Shown: positions 1 through 13,879, counted from the stretch's first letter. The stretch: 64,000 bases of DNA from Geosiphon pyriformis uo1 (GCA_016748015.1 JAAOMT010000771.1:66443-130442), one strand, 5' to 3'. A program made the numbers and translations. Notes: generated by a model from the sequence alone, not told the origin.

Positions 1-1019
1 CTAATATAAATAATATTTTTATTATTAACAAATTAATATTCAGAGTAAAGAATTTTTTAACAGTAATTTCAATCTTTTTTTGGTAAAAAACATTAGCAAC
101 TTTAAGTAAAATTAATAAGAATCTATATTTCAATTACAATTTTTAAAGTTTAATTTGCCTAAATTTCTAATTTTTATGTGTTTAGTTTAAATTTATTTAT
201 GAATATTAATTTTTGAACCATGTAAATTTTATTATTATTTAAATTAAAACTGGTTTTTTTAATATAATGTTTTTTAATGTTTTAATATTAGTTTTAGTTT
301 TTTATTTATATTCTTTACTTTTTAAAACCAAAATCTTTTCCAAGAGAAATTAATAAAGTCATTAGAACTCTTAACATTTTTATCATCTTTCTTGTTTTTT
401 TGCATCAAAATATCTCTTTTTAAGCTTGTATTAATTCTTTTTTAATTTTGCTATTAGATATATTCTTATTTAAGCTGTTTACAGCTGTCAATTTTTAAAT
501 AAAAAAGTTGTTAAACACTAAAATTTTTTTTTGGTTTCTTGACTCTTTTTTGTGGTTTAAATATCAAATTTTATTAAGAAATTTTTTTATTAATTAAAAT
601 GCAATATAATAAATTTCAAAAAATAATTTTTTTCTTTATTAATTTTATAATTCCTCTGTAAAAAATTAAATATTAGATTATTGTAATAATATGCTTTTAA
701 GCAAATTTTCAATAATAAATTTTAAGAATTTTTTTTTAGCTAAAACACAACCAATCACTAAAACTAATATATTAAGAATTTTAAACTGATGTAAATCTAA
801 TAATACACTATTCAACAATCAGAATATTTAATGTAACCAATTAATATACTCTTTAGAAAAAAATTCATCTCATCTCTTTAACAATATTCAAGATTATTTT
901 GCAATCATTACAATATAATCTCAGCAAATAATTAATGCTCATCCAAAAAATTATTAGACCCATTTTGTATTTATGCTTCTTTTTCTAAAACTTCTCTCTA
1001 AAAATATTATAATATTTGC

Positions 1020-3176
1020 TCCAAAGCTACTGTAAAGCCTCTTTTGCTATTGGTCTATCAAGTTTATTTCTTGCCAACAACTTTCTTGCATAAATTTTTA
1101 ATTTATCAAATTCTTGAAGTTGTACAGAAGCCATTAGAATCAGGTATCCAATGAATTATATGTCAATACTCTTGTTATAACTTCTTAAAAAATCTTGGGT
1201 ACATGGTTTTCTTCAGCAAAGTGTGCACCAGAAGCAGCTAAAATAGTATAATATATATCATCAAAGTTGATTATGAATTACTTATCTCGATAGATGAATT
1301 TTAACACATTTTCTCAACAGATATTACAATACATGATTTTTATTTTATAAAAAGCCTAGGAATAAATGTTTTAATCATAAAATACCTATATTTCTCAGAT
1401 AAATCAAATGAAAGCAAAGGATACCTTAAGGGTAGTTAAAATATAGTATAATACTTTGATTAGTTGTTTCTTTAATTCTGGTTTTTATACTATATCCTTT
1501 AGTGAAAAAATTACAAATGGTGCTTCAGTTTTATTCTTGTTGATGTGCTTTAACTGATCAATAAAAAAAACTTTGTGGTTGAACATGTTTTTGTAAATAG
1601 CTTGGATATATACAATAGACTGTGTCAAGTGGTAACATTTTATAACAACATTTTGCATTAATTCAACTACCTTGCTATTTGATTGGAAAAAGATGACAAA
1701 TTCTTGCTAAAAATATTGTAAAACAGTTTGGCAAAGTAGAAGTAATAATTGATCAATGTTAATTCCGATAATAAAAGTTTTTATGCATCTTTCTAGCTCA
1801 TTCAGTTCACAAGTAAACAAATCCTTTTGCAAAATCTGTTTTTCTTCCAAATACAAATAGGAATATGTTACTATGGTAGTGCATACATAATATTCAAAAA
1901 TGTAAGAATATTGTTCATACGTCTATATTAACTTTTCAATTAGTTTTTTTATTAGTATAAAAATTCTTTTTTTTTCCTTTCACAAAACAAGCATCTGATA
2001 CTAAATAAGAAAGATTAGGTTGTAATTTTCTAGTGAAAGTATGTAAAGACATGTTTCGGCCATATTTATTTACTTATGATCCAATAATAAAAAACTTAAC
2101 AATAAGCGTATTCCAAAATGCAATGAATAAATTATTGGTGGTGCTAACAAATAGTGGAAAAGCAATATGTAGGATAAATTCATTCCACACTTTTAAGAAA
2201 GAATTTTCTAAGCTCATAAAGATTTTATTTAAATAATCTGAAGAAAGCTTTTCTTTAAAATGTTGTTCATAAAAAAATGTGTAAACTTTGATTGAATTTA
2301 TAGACAGTTGTTAAAGCCAACTAAATAAATTCAACTTTCCTATAATGTAAGGTGGTTTTGCATTAAGAATTTCCTTAGTCTAAAAGTATAAATCAGAATT
2401 TGTATTGGAGAAAAGCCAATTAAACATACAAATTCAAACATATGTGTTTTTTAATATACTTTCTACTTACCATCAATGTATTTTTTTGCTTGTTTAGTAG
2501 TGATAAAAAAACAAGAGATGCAAAAGTGCAAGTTAATCAATATATACAAAAAAAAATGAATGGCATGTTTAACAGATGGTTGTATTATTTACTCAATTAT
2601 CTTGCTCTTTGTCTTTAAGTTTTTTAACCAAAAGAGCAATTCTTATTGCTGGTTCTTTTTTAAGTCATATCACATAAATTCTTCTATGGTTAACAACAAA
2701 AAGTCTTGACCAGCAATTTTGTTAATTTCGATTATATTAAGATCTTCTTTTATAAAATATAGATCAGCTTTTTTTTTCTCAAAAAACTTAATAACTTGTT
2801 GTGAAATCTATTTCTTAACTTTTTTGTTTGTGGTAGTTGAAGCAATATCTTGACTTGAAGTGTTAAGTTTTTTTTTGTCCACATTTTCTTAGACAGATTT
2901 ACCAACATAAAAGTTAAGGCCTAAGAAAGCTATTTTTTTATAGATAACAATGAATAATTCTCCAAACAATACTCATATCAAGTCTACTTTATCTTGAGTT
3001 AGTTCTGATTTCAGAAGAATTCTGTTTGAGTTAGATACATAATATGTATTAACATCAGTGATTATAAAATTCTGGTTCTTATCTATTTTCTTTTTTTTCT
3101 TTTTTATAGTCAAATCAATGCCAACTACCACAAAAATACTAATTACATCTTCAATAGTTTTCTTTTTGCCACTCAT
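1020..3176 (-). pseudogene. Crinkler-type effector pseudogene: SAM domain + PD-(D/E)XK REase + protein kinase
   Basis: Hand translation of the minus strand. SAM-like 'ISQQVIKFFEKKKADLYFIKEDLNIIEINKIAGQDFLLLTIEEFM*YDLKKEPAIRIALLVKKLK' (~2610-2830). REase-like 'FIAFWNTLI..RNMSLHTFTRKLQPNLSYLVSDACFVKGKK' (RPD..GEEK consensus, ~1970-2130). Kinase-like 'IMYCNIC*ENVLK..FIINFDD..GAHFAEENHVPKIF..RPIAKEAL' (~1030-1340). Many stops. Confidence 0.7.
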
Positions 3177-3704
3177 TGTTTGGAAAAGTGATACATAAAA
3201 AATCTATTTCAAATGTGAAATATTTTGTAATCATTTTGTTTATCTTGTATAACAGAATTTATGTACATATATATTAAGCCATCAAGACTAAAATAAAATT
3301 GTTATTTTTAATATAATAAAAATATTTATAATTTTTAAACAAATAAAAAAATATTTTTTTTTGGTTATATTAGAATATTTAAAAATTATATATAAATAAA
3401 TAATTATTCTTAATTTATTTTGTCACAAATACAAATTACTGGAAATCAGATTTAAAGTTTTTAATGTACTTTTAATTTTATTAAATGTAATCTATTAATC
3501 TAATTTATATTATTATTAAATGCAGTTCAAAATTTTGATTATGCTAACTTAAACCAAATAATCAAAATTTTTTAAGTTATTTGAATATATATCAAAAATT
3601 TTCAAAGATATTTATATAATTTTTGTTGTATTAATGTAATTCAAATTAAAGACAAATAATTAAATATATTCTTTTGGAATTTTTTATTAAAATTCTTTAG
3701 ATGT

Positions 3705-4577
3705 TGTTACAAGTGATTATTTGGGGTCTCAAATCAAATAACAAATCTATAACTTGATGCTCAATTGATATAATGATGTTGGTTCTAAAGGTTTTTATGA
3801 TCTGAAAATTTTGATTTGAGTTCTTTATATAATATACAAAGATTTATAATGATTGGTTTTGGTTGATTTTCTATGTTGATTTTCCAATTTTTGTCTTTAA
3901 TGTGATGGCTAGTTTAGTCTGGCAGTCATGTCCTTCTGGTAAGCTATCAATTAATATATATGTAATTTTACTCTTATTTTTGGGTCTTTTACCAGGCTAT
4001 CTGTAATGTTGATAACTCAACACTTAATCTTCAATTAATTAGTAAACACAACAAAAATCAAAATAAAGAAAAGAAAATAAAAGAGATAAAGAAAGATAAA
4101 AAAATTAAGCCAAGATGGTGGCAAGTTAATATTCCATTAATAGTCATAATCAAGAACTATTGTTCCAGTGTAGTTAAGTATCAATTACTATCAACATAAA
4201 ATATTGATAATGGAGAGTGGATTGAGATATAGAATAATTATGTATTGATATTTGTGATGTAAAAAGTTGCTTAGATTAAATCTAAACTGAGAGGTCTGTT
4301 TTTTCTACTTCTAATACTATTACTATATATACATAATTGAAATTTTTTAATTTCTTAATTCTCCACACCAAGAATTCTAGAATTTCTGGAATCCTGCAAT
4401 TTTTTTTGAAAAGAATCCTGGAATTCTGGAATCTTGTGATTCCTTGTATGAGAATTCTAAAATTCCTGGATTTCTGCAATTCTTCTTGAAAAGAATCTTG
4501 GAATTTCATATCTACTATGGCTACTACTGATCAGCTTATTTATATGCTAATATATCTCTTATATTCTATAAGTAACA
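3705..4577 (-). repeat. 3' LTR of Gypsy A
   Basis: Termini TGTTAC (3705)...GTAACA (4572-4577), PPT adjacent, TATA-containing motif at ~4295-4335, GAATTCT/GGAATCCT subrepeats at ~4370-4510. The left boundary is inferred from the terminal inverted repeat only. Confidence 0.75.
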
Positions 4578-4592
4578 TTATTCTCTTTTTTT
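4578..4592 (-). promoter_or_regulatory. Polypurine tract of Gypsy A
   Basis: Minus strand AAAAAAAGAGAATAA immediately before TGTTAC. Confidence 0.75.
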
Positions 4593-5050
4593 AATATTGA
4601 GCTCTGTCAAGATTTTTTAATTCTAATTCTGTGTTTTTAAGTATTTTTTGAACTTTTTTTTCAAGAATTACTTGTGTTAGCTTATTCTGTAATTCCTCAA
4701 ATTGAGCATTTATTATTTTTTCTATTTGATTAATGATAATTGAATTCATTTCTGAGTTGAGTAAAATTTCTGGTTGATCTTGAAAATTGACTTGTAATCA
4801 ATATATGGCTTGTATTAGTGTGATTAAATTGTTCTTTCCCACAAAGTGTTTAAGTTATTGTGTTGAATAATTGTTTTGTTTTATCTGTATATAAGTTTTG
4901 AATATTCAAATGTTGTTCCAAGTGAAAATAACAAAAGTTCTTCAGAAATTCTTGTATCCACCACTTCCAGATTTCTTTGGTCAATTCTTGATATGTGGTG
5001 ATACTTGTTAGTTCTTTTATTACTAATTTTATTTTTAGAATTATTTTGTT
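4580..5050 (-). pseudogene. Gypsy A accessory ORF3 (env position), decayed
   Basis: 'FCYFHLEQHLNIQNLYTDKTKQLFN..AIY*LQVNFQDQPEILL..IEKIINAQFEELQNKL' aligns by eye with ORF3 of elements B and D. Confidence 0.65.
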
Positions 5051-5339
5051 GATAGTGTTTTCTGGTTTTTTTTGTATTTTGTATTTGGGTATCTTTTTGG
5101 TATCTCTGTATTTAATGGTCTGTTAGTTAATAGTAATTTCCATTTCTTGTTGTTGAATTAACTGAAAGAGTTGTTGTGCTAATGAGTGAATATTGTCAGT
5201 AATTTCCATTTTTCTGATATCTTTCATCACATCTACTATGTCTTTATATATTCTTTGGTTGATTACTTTGACATGTTTGTGTTAATAATAATGATTAGTT
5301 CTAAATCTCGTAAAATCTCATCTAGTCTGACTATTATTC

Positions 5340-8100
5340 TTTATACTTCCAATTGTGGAATATTACTGGTAGATAATAATACTATATTGTAGTATAATTT
5401 TAGTCAATCTCTATGTGCTGCTTTGATTAAAATTTTGTTGTTCAATTTTAATTTATAAACTTCATTTCCTAGAATTTTTCCTATGTAAAATGGTCTATTC
5501 CATTTGGAGTTAAATTTTCCACTCTATTGTTTTTCTACTTTGGTACAATGTAAAAATACTTTGTCTTCAATCTTAAATTCAACTGATTTCTTTGATAATT
5601 GGTTATCATGTCTTTTTTTTTGTTTTTTTTGTGACTTTTGGATATTATCAGCTGCTTTTTGCCATTTGTTTTCTAGTGTCTTCATTAAGTCATATGTTCT
5701 TTTTAACAATATTCTTTGAAAATTCTCTTCTGTTATTGATTCTGTTGGATATGTTTTAACTTCTATCTTAACTGATAGTATTGCTGTTCTACTGTATACT
5801 AATTCAAATGGTGTTGCTTGTGTAGTGTCTTGCTTTATTGTCCAATAAACAAATAATATTGATGGTATAAACAAATTCTATTTGTCTTGGTTTTCTTGGC
5901 TGATTTTGGCAATTGCTTTACACAATGTTCTGTTAAATTTTTCAACTAATTCATTTGTTTGTGGATGGTATGGTGATAATAATGGTCTTTTTATCCCAAA
6001 TTTTTGACTCAATTCTGCTAATGTTCTATTCACAAAGTGAGTTCCTTAATCAGATAATAATTCTTTTGGACATCTATGTTGACAGATCAAATCTTAATAA
6101 ACAAATTTGGCAATGAATTTTGCATCTGTTCTTTGAATAGCTTTTGTTTCTGGCCATTTAGTAAAATAATCTATGGCTACTGCAATATATTTGTTGCTTT
6201 TGCTAGTTATTGTTAAAGATCCAACTAATTCAATTCTAATGCAAATAAATAGTTGTTCTACTTTGATTAGTCTTAATGGTTTACTGGGTTTTGTTCCTCT
6301 TCTTCTTTGACAAGCATCACAATTTTGAACATATTAGATGATGTCTGGATACATTGATGGCCAATAGTATCTTTTTCTGATTTTTTTCATGGTTGCTTCT
6401 TTATGAAAATATCTTGCTGTTGAATCTGAATACATATTGAATAATATTGTCTCTTTTTCTGATTCTGTAATTACTCTGGTTGGTTGATTTGGATTTTTTT
6501 TGTTCTTCCAGTAAAGTATATTTTGATGGTTAATAAAATATTTTGACTGTTTTTTTATGTTGTTTTGTTCTTTTTGAGATAATTTCTCATTGAACAATTG
6601 GATATTTATATAATGTTGAAGTTATTGGTATTTTTGTGTATTCATCTTTTGTTATATTTTTGGATTGAAATGTTTTTAAATTTGTTTTATTCATGACAAG
6701 CCATTGGTATTTTCATTTTTTTTTTATAATATACTGTATAATTAAATGGTGAAAGTTCTATTTTCTATTTAGCATAGTAATTATTTCCAAATTCTTGCTT
6801 CTGGATTGAAGTCAATTTTTTGTGATTAGTGTATACCTCAAACTTTTGACTCAAGTATTTTTTTCATTTGATGACAGTCTAATAAATAGCTAAGTGTTCT
6901 AATGCTGGTGTTCCATAGTTTTTTTCAGCTGGACTTAAGCTGTAGCTAACATATACTACTGGGTGTTCTCTTCTATCCAGTTTTTTTTGAGATAGTACTG
7001 CTCTTAATGTTTGACCCAATGCATCTGTTGTGATTATAAATGACTTACTATAATCTGGATAGATCAATACTAGGGCTTGAATAAGTTTTCTTCTTAATAT
7101 ATCAAAAGCTTCTTGTTGTGTTTTCATCTATTCATATTTGGTGTTTTTTGTTTAAAGCTGATGTAATGGCTGTGCTATTTTGGAAAAATCTTTAATGAAG
7201 CAGCAGTAGTATCCAGCAAATCTCAAGAATGCTTTTAATTTTGTGAGATTATTTGGTACTAGAAAGTTCTTAACAATCTCAATCTTATCTGGATCTGTTT
7301 TGATACCATCTTTGCTCACAATATGTCTTAAAAACTTGAATTCTGTTTTGCCAAAGAAGTATTTGTTTGCATTTAATTTCAATTTTGCTTGTTTGAGTCT
7401 TTCAAATACTTGTTATAAATAATGTAAATAATCATCAAATGTTTTGAAGAACACATTGGTGTTATCCAGATATACAACTACTAATTTTTATATCAGTCTA
7501 ATATAGACAATTTCCATGAGCCATTAAAATGTGGCTGGAGCATTTATCAAGCCAAATAGCATAACTTCAAATTTGAAATTTTCTTCTCATGTTGTAAATG
7601 CCGTTTTCTTTTTATCTTCTGGTTTTATGGCTATCTGCCAGTAACCACTGTCTAAGTCTAAAGTCAAGAATTATTTTTTTTTTTCAAAAGCATTAAACAG
7701 TTTTTGGATCTTTGGAATCAGATAACTATCTCCTTTTTTTACTCCATTCAGTTTTCAGTAATCTACACAAAAGTGGATTTTTCCATTTTTCTTACAGACT
7801 AGTATTACTGATAATAACTATGGGCTTATTAATAGTTGAATTAATCTATTGTCAAGCATCTAATTGATTTCTTGATGAATAATCTCATGGCTGGTTAGTG
7901 GTACTCTGTATGTTCTTTGTTTAATTAGCATTGTATCTTCAGTCTTAATCTGATGTTGAATGATGTCAGTATGACCAAATTCGTTTTTACTGCCAAAAAT
8001 GTTATTAAAATTGTTGATTAATATCTTAAGCTGTATACATTGTAGTGAGTCTAGATTTTCTAAGTTCATCTGTTCCAATTGTTTTGGTTGGAACAAATAA
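5340..8100 (-). pseudogene. Gypsy A pol (RT, RNase H, integrase), disrupted
   Basis: RT 'FLRHIVSKDGIKTDPDKI', RNase H 'ITTDALGQTLRAVLSQ..EKNYGTPALEHLAIY', integrase 'YYWPSMY..CDACQRR', 'TQATPFELVY'. Confidence 0.9.
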
Positions 8101-8108
8101 CATTTTTC

Positions 8109-8846
8109 TTATCTGTATATTGTTTGAGATGTAATATTTACATATCCACATAGTTGTAAAAAGTTTGAAATAGAATTTGTTAATTGTTTTTTAATTTCAG
8201 TGGTTAAATATCCAATGGTGGTTTCTTTTGGTATCTTGATAATATCTTCCATGTTGTTGTAAATGAGAATTTTATTGTAACTGTGGTTCTTGACTGGTAT
8301 GTATAGATTGATTAATTCAATCTCTCCAGATTCACAAAGTGTTGCTTCTGCCTTAAAAATCTGAATCTGATCTTTTACTTTTTTTTCTATGACTATCATG
8401 TACTGATCATATGATAGAATAGAAATTAATTGGCAGGTGAAGATAATTTCTCCTTTGTCAATAACTTTTTTTTCTGCCATATTAACTAATATATCTATTC
8501 TATTCATAGATTCAAAACTCTGTATTCCTTTAACTGTAATCCCTAATTTTTTTCTGTTTCTCACTAATACTAATTGAGCTATTTTAACCAGAGGCAAGAA
8601 TATTGCCTGTGCTATCTTTTTGTTTGGCTCTATGATATAGGCTTTTTTTGAGTCATTTTATAGCATTGTAATAATATTTTCTACATATCCTGTGTCAATT
8701 ATTCCTTTTCTGATGTTGATTCTCTTTTTCGCTAAGCTACTTCTAGATATTAGTTGAACCATAATTGTTGCTAAGATTTTCAGTGCTATTTTGAGATCAA
8801 TGCAGGTGCATGAATGTGGTTTTAATTTGATGACCTTTTTTTTTGA
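8109..8846 (-). pseudogene. dUTPase domain plus downstream dUTPase-like module of Gypsy A pol
   Basis: 'SRSSLAKKRINIRKGIIDTGYVENI..KKIAQAIFLPLVKI..TVKGIQSFES' gives dUTPase motifs II-V. The N-terminus is cut by the LTR insertion at 8847. Confidence 0.85.
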
Positions 8847-9171
8847 TGTTACTTGAAAAAAAAAAGTCTATCAAAGAAAGAAGGAAAAAAATGTGACCTG
8901 AAGAAAAACATAACAAAATATAAAAGAACACAGAATAATGTGCAATAATGTTGGATAACATGTTATAATATAGAATAACATGTTATAACACAGGATAACA
9001 CAGAATAACATATAATAATATCAAAAAATGTATTATAACATAGGATAATTAGTTATAATGTAAAAAAACAAAGCAATAGCTAGCAAGAACAGACAATCCA
9101 AAGCAATCTTGTAAAACTAGAAAATATGTATATATAGCAGTAGTATTAGAAGCAGAAAAGACAGAATTCAG
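8847..9171 (+). repeat. LTR fragment (U3 to just past TATA), related to the Gypsy D LTR
   Basis: Starts TGTTAC. Shares the ATAACACAGAATAACAT array and AAAGCAATAGCTAGCAA with 30124-30500. Cut at 9172 by LTR B. Confidence 0.8.
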
Positions 9172-10151
9172 TGTTATTGGAGGTTTTTGGTCTCTTTTTC
9201 TAAATGTTATTGATGCCTGTTTGCTGTGAATTTATGTTTTCTGGATGTGGTTGAATCTCCAGTAACTGAATTTATCTTTAAATTATGTCCTATAATTTGA
9301 ACTGCTGGGTTTATAAGTGGAATGGCCAATTTTGTGCCAGTTACTTTGTGTAGTTATGTTGTAGTAAATGTCAACTCTTTTCCAGGAATTGCTCATCTAG
9401 AAGCTCACTAAAAATGTGTAGTTACTTTGCTGTGAAAGTCAATTCTTCTACAGGAATTTTGTCTGTAAGTTACCCTAATAATTATGATAAAAATATAAAA
9501 GAAAAATAAAAGAAATGTAAAAAAAAATTTAATTCTGTCAAGGAAATTGTTTTCAATCCAGGCCTGGAGTCACTAACAGTTTATTGAAAATTAGTAGCTA
9601 ATCAATTTTAAAACTGTTAGTAGGAATTGGTTAATTTCAAGGGAAATAATTAAGAATTTGGCTTTTTGAATTTATTTGATATTTATTTTGTTTTGTGTAT
9701 AAAAGATGATTTTAATTATTAAATCTGAAGTAAGATACATTTTCTCAAAGAGAGAAGCTCTTCTTTTATACAATTTGTTATAACACTATTCTATGAACTT
9801 GAACTTTGCTATTTTCTACAATTTTGCTAAACTAGAGATACATTTCGGCAAACTACAAGTTATTTCTGTGAACTATTAGATATTTCAGTGAATTATCAAT
9901 TATTTTGGTGAATTTCTACAAATTTTGGCAAACTTTTTGAATATTACATAGTTCAGAGTATTACATGATTGATCATTACAATTAGATTATATTTATATTA
10001 TATACAAATTAAATTATTAATTAAATGATAATTTCGGACATTTTGCTAATGTAATAAATGATAATTTGAAACAATAATATATGCTAATTAATGATAGAAA
10101 TTATAAAGATAATTTCATGCTAAATAATATCTCTAATTTCATCTGGTAACA
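9172..10151 (-). repeat. 3' LTR of Gypsy B
   Basis: TGTTAT (9172)...GTAACA (10146-10151), PPT adjacent, ~19-20 bp subrepeats at ~9790-9950. Confidence 0.75.
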
Positions 10152-10154
10152 TAA

Positions 10155-10800
10155 CCTCTTCCTTAAGACTAAGCTCCATCGAAGTCCAAGTACTGTCTGT
10201 AATTTCCAGATAGTAATTCAAAATTTTTGAAGAAATTTGGTCTAACAATTATTGAAATTTCAGTTCTGTGAGCTTTCCAATATATTGAATCTTCAAAGGT
10301 TGTAAAATTGGATTTTGTAGGATGTTTTCACAAGTGTGGAATAGGTCATAAAGTCTAAGAGCAGCTTTTAGTTTATAATGACTGTTTGTAGGTCTAGCTG
10401 TTGTCTTGAATTCATTGTGAAGTTGTTTCTGAATAGCTTTTTTTGTGAGGTTTGCTGCTATAAGCTTTTGTTTTCATTCGTGAAGTGTTTTTTTAATGTA
10501 AAAATATCTATATATTAGAGTATAGTCATAGTTTTTATTGTTAAGACACAGTTGAAGTTTTTGTTGAATAGTAGCATTTGGTAAAATACTAATAAGAGTG
10601 AACATTAAGTTTTCTCTTAAAGCAAGCTTTAAAAGTTCTGGCAGGTGAATTTCAGAATAACTTCTTGTGTTCTTCTTATACAGCTAGTAATTTTCATGAA
10701 TTTGGGGCTAAATTTGTAACTACTTTTGTTTGGATATAATTAATGTGGCTTCCAGTAATAGTAATAGATAATTTGGGTATTGTTTTTAAAGCTAACATTA
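10155..10800 (-). pseudogene. Gypsy B accessory ORF3, decayed
   Basis: 'LIYRYFYIKKTLHE*KQKLIAANLTKKAIQKQLHNEF..KLKAALRLYDLFHTCENILQ..IQYIGKLTELKFQ*LLDQI'. Confidence 0.7.
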
Positions 10801-11014
10801 GTTTTTGGGATAATTGTTGAATGTTTTGAGGAATAGTTATTATAAAAGATTTGAAAATAAAAGAAAATTATTTTTGGTGTATGGGTTTTTATTATTTTTG
10901 CTTTGCTTTTGTAAGATTGTTTTTAAATTATAAGGAGATAACTATAATAATAATAAATTTAAGTTAAGTGTTCAAGTTGGGAGGTTGTTTAATGATGACT
11001 ATTGGTTCTAAATT

Positions 11015-13338
11015 TCAGGGAATATCTTCGAGATTGATTAAAGAGAAATGTATACCAATTTGTGGAATTAATAGTTCAGAATTGTTTCTGGAATTATAGT
11101 GTTTCAAACGATCTTCATGTACAACTTTTGCTAGGATTTTGTTATCAAGTCTTAGCTTGTATGATCCATTACCTAAAATTTCATGGATAAAAAATGACCC
11201 ATCCCATTTATTTTTGAATTTTTCACTCCATTGTTTTTTAGTTTTAGTTCTGTGTAAGAGAACTTTGTTTGCAACTTTAAATTCATTGGTGACTAGAGGC
11301 AATTTGTTGTCATGCCATTCTTTTTGTTGAGCTTGGAAGTGTTTAATATGGGTGGCTGCTATTTGTCGTTTTCCTTCCAATGTGCTAAGCAGAGTGTAGG
11401 CTCTTTATTGAAGTGTTTTTTAGAAATTGTTTTTATCGATTGGTTGTGCTGGATATGTTTTCACTGTGAAACTAATTGGTAACATTGCTGTTCTTCTGTA
11501 AGTTAAGTCAAATGGTGTGTGTTTTGTGGTATTTTGTTTTAATGTTCTGTATGCTAGTAACACTGATGGAATAAAGATATCTCATTTTTGCTTAAAATTG
11601 GTTGAGACTTTGGCTAGTGATTCACACAATGTTCTGTTAAAATGTTCCACTAATCTATTTGTCTGTGGATGATAGGGTGAAGATAAAGATCTTTTGACAT
11701 TAAATTGTTTACAAATTTCTTATATCAGATTGTTCACAAAATGTGTTCTTTGATTGGATAAAAGTTCAATTGGGCATCCGTGTCTACAGATAATATTTTC
11801 ATAAATAAAATTTGCTACTGATTTTGCATCTGCTCATTAAATGGCTCTGGTTTTGGGCCATTTAGTGAGATAGTCTATAGCTACTGCAATATAACGGTTT
11901 CCTTGGTTTGTGATAGGTAGTGGTCTGACTAAATCGATACCAATTCAGTCAAAAGGCTGTTCAACTTTAATTGGGTTTAACAGTTCTGTAGGGCAAGTTC
12001 CTTCTCTTCTTTGACAACTATCACAAGATTCAATGTATTCATAAATGTCTTTTCTCATTTGAGACCAAAAGTAATATTCTAGTGTTTTTTGGGTGGTGCT
12101 GTCTTTTCCTAAATGTGCTGATAAAGGGTCCAAGTGCATGTTGTATAAAATAGTTTTTTTTTCATGTTCTTGTATTAATTTGAGTGGATTGTCTGGGTTT
12201 CTGAAGTTTCGATAATAAATAATGTTGTTGTGTAAGAAATATTGTTTGGCTTGTTGTTATAACTGACATTTTTCATCTGGGGACCAATCTGTTAAGATTG
12301 TTAATATCTCCAGATATTGTTTAAGATTGTTGTAGTTTTCAGGATTTATTGTTTGTTGTTTTGTTGCTGTTAATTTAAATGAATGTTGGTTTTGTGTTCT
12401 AATCTTGCCTCATTCTTGAGAGACAGTCAACATTGGTGTGGAGCTTTCCTGGTTTGTGGTGTACAATTATCGGTAATTGGCTAAAAATCTATGTCCATTG
12501 GGTTTGTTTTGCGTTCAATTGGGTGTTTTTGTTCTGAAGCCATTTAAGTCCAATATTATCAGTAATAATATCGAATTCTTTAGGCCTGAGATAAAAGTTG
12601 AAGTAGTGTAGGGCCCAAATTACAGCTGTTGTTTTTAGTTCTGTGGCAGGGTAGTTTTTCTTGGCTGGTTTTAATGTTTTGCTAGCATAAGCAATTACTC
12701 ATTCATTTCCATTGTTATCTAATTGTGATAAGATAGCACCAAAGGCAGTGTAAAAAGCGTCTGTAGCTAGTCAAAATTGGTTACTGAAGTCTGGGTAGAC
12801 GAGAATTGGAGCTGTTGTTAGCTTTTTCTTGAGAATTTCAAAAGCTTTTTAGTGTTTTTCTGTCCATTTGTATTCGACATTTTTAGTAGTGAGCTGGTTG
12901 AGGGGTTTTGCAATTTCTGAGAATTCTTTGATGAATTTTTGGTAATAGGAAGCTAATTCAATAAATCTTCTCAATTCTGTGGTATTTTGTGGAGTCTTGA
13001 AGTTCTTGACAGTGCTGATTTTTCCAGAGTCTGGTTTAATTTCATCTTTGCTTACAATGTGGCCAAGAAAGACCAAACTCATTTTTCTGAAGTAGCATTT
13101 TTTGATGTTCAGTTTCAATCTTGCTTTTTGTAATTGTTAAAAAACTTCTCGCAGGTGTTTTAAGTGTAATTCAAAAGATGGTAAATAAACATCAGTATCA
13201 TTAAGATAGACAACTACTAATTTCCAAAGAAGGCTTTTGTAAACAATATCCATGAGTCTTTGGAATGTTGCTGGTGCATTGCATAATCTGAAAGACATTA
13301 CATTGAACTCGTAATTTCTTTCTTGAGTGGTGAATGCT
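11015..13338 (-). pseudogene. Gypsy B pol remnant (RT C-half, RNase H, integrase)
   Basis: ORF fragments 11015-11380, 11945-12139 and 12849-13118 carry standard Gypsy motifs (FLGHIVS, WDGSFFIHEILGNGSYKL). Confidence 0.9.
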
Positions 13339-13879
13339 AATATAAAAAAAGGATTAAAAAATTTAAAACATTGTTTTGCTTAGAATTATTGACTCAATAC
13401 AAAAAGCATTCACAAAAAACTGTTAATTAAAGCAAAAATTTGTTAAATTGTTTTTGATCTTTATTGTTAATGGCTGGGCAATATAATTATTTATTGGATT
13501 ATAAGATTCTGAATGACTTTTTAAGATAAAGTAAAAGTATAAGGTAGGTCTTTAATTATTCACTATTTTTAATAAAATCTTATTAATATTCAAATTGGTT
13601 ACCAATAATTAACACAGTTTTTTATTTGCAAATGATAAAACTATTACTAGCTCATTTATTTCTGCTTATTCTTCAGGTGTAATTTGATTGAGAAAATGAT
13701 TACATTTTTTTAAATATTGTATAATACAATCTTTTTTGTTAGGAAAAAAAATTTTTTCTTTTTGGTTCTCCTAAAACATTGATACAACATTTGCAAAAGG
13801 TTTTTAATATTGGTTTTTACTATATATTTATCTAATAAAAGAGGTAAAAATAGCATAATTAGGGTTTTGATCAAGGTAG

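Larger units (their letters stand above)
3705..8846 (-). mobile_element. Ty3/Gypsy LTR retrotransposon A (5'-truncated, dUTPase-bearing, decayed)
   Basis: Minus-strand order: dUTPase, RT (VYLDN), RNase H, integrase, ORF3, PPT, LTR. ORF-track fragments 5524-8597 match Gypsy pol. Confidence 0.92.
9172..13338 (-). mobile_element. Ty3/Gypsy LTR retrotransposon B (5'-truncated within RT, decayed)
   Basis: RT (AFTTQE..VYLND), RNase H, integrase (HLDPLSAHLG..CDSCQRR), ORF3, PPT AAGGAAGAGGTTA (10152-10164), LTR. Confidence 0.92.

Noticed and set aside
4282-4509. 75-aa ORF with internal repeats
   Set aside because: It is a translation of the LTR A tandem array.
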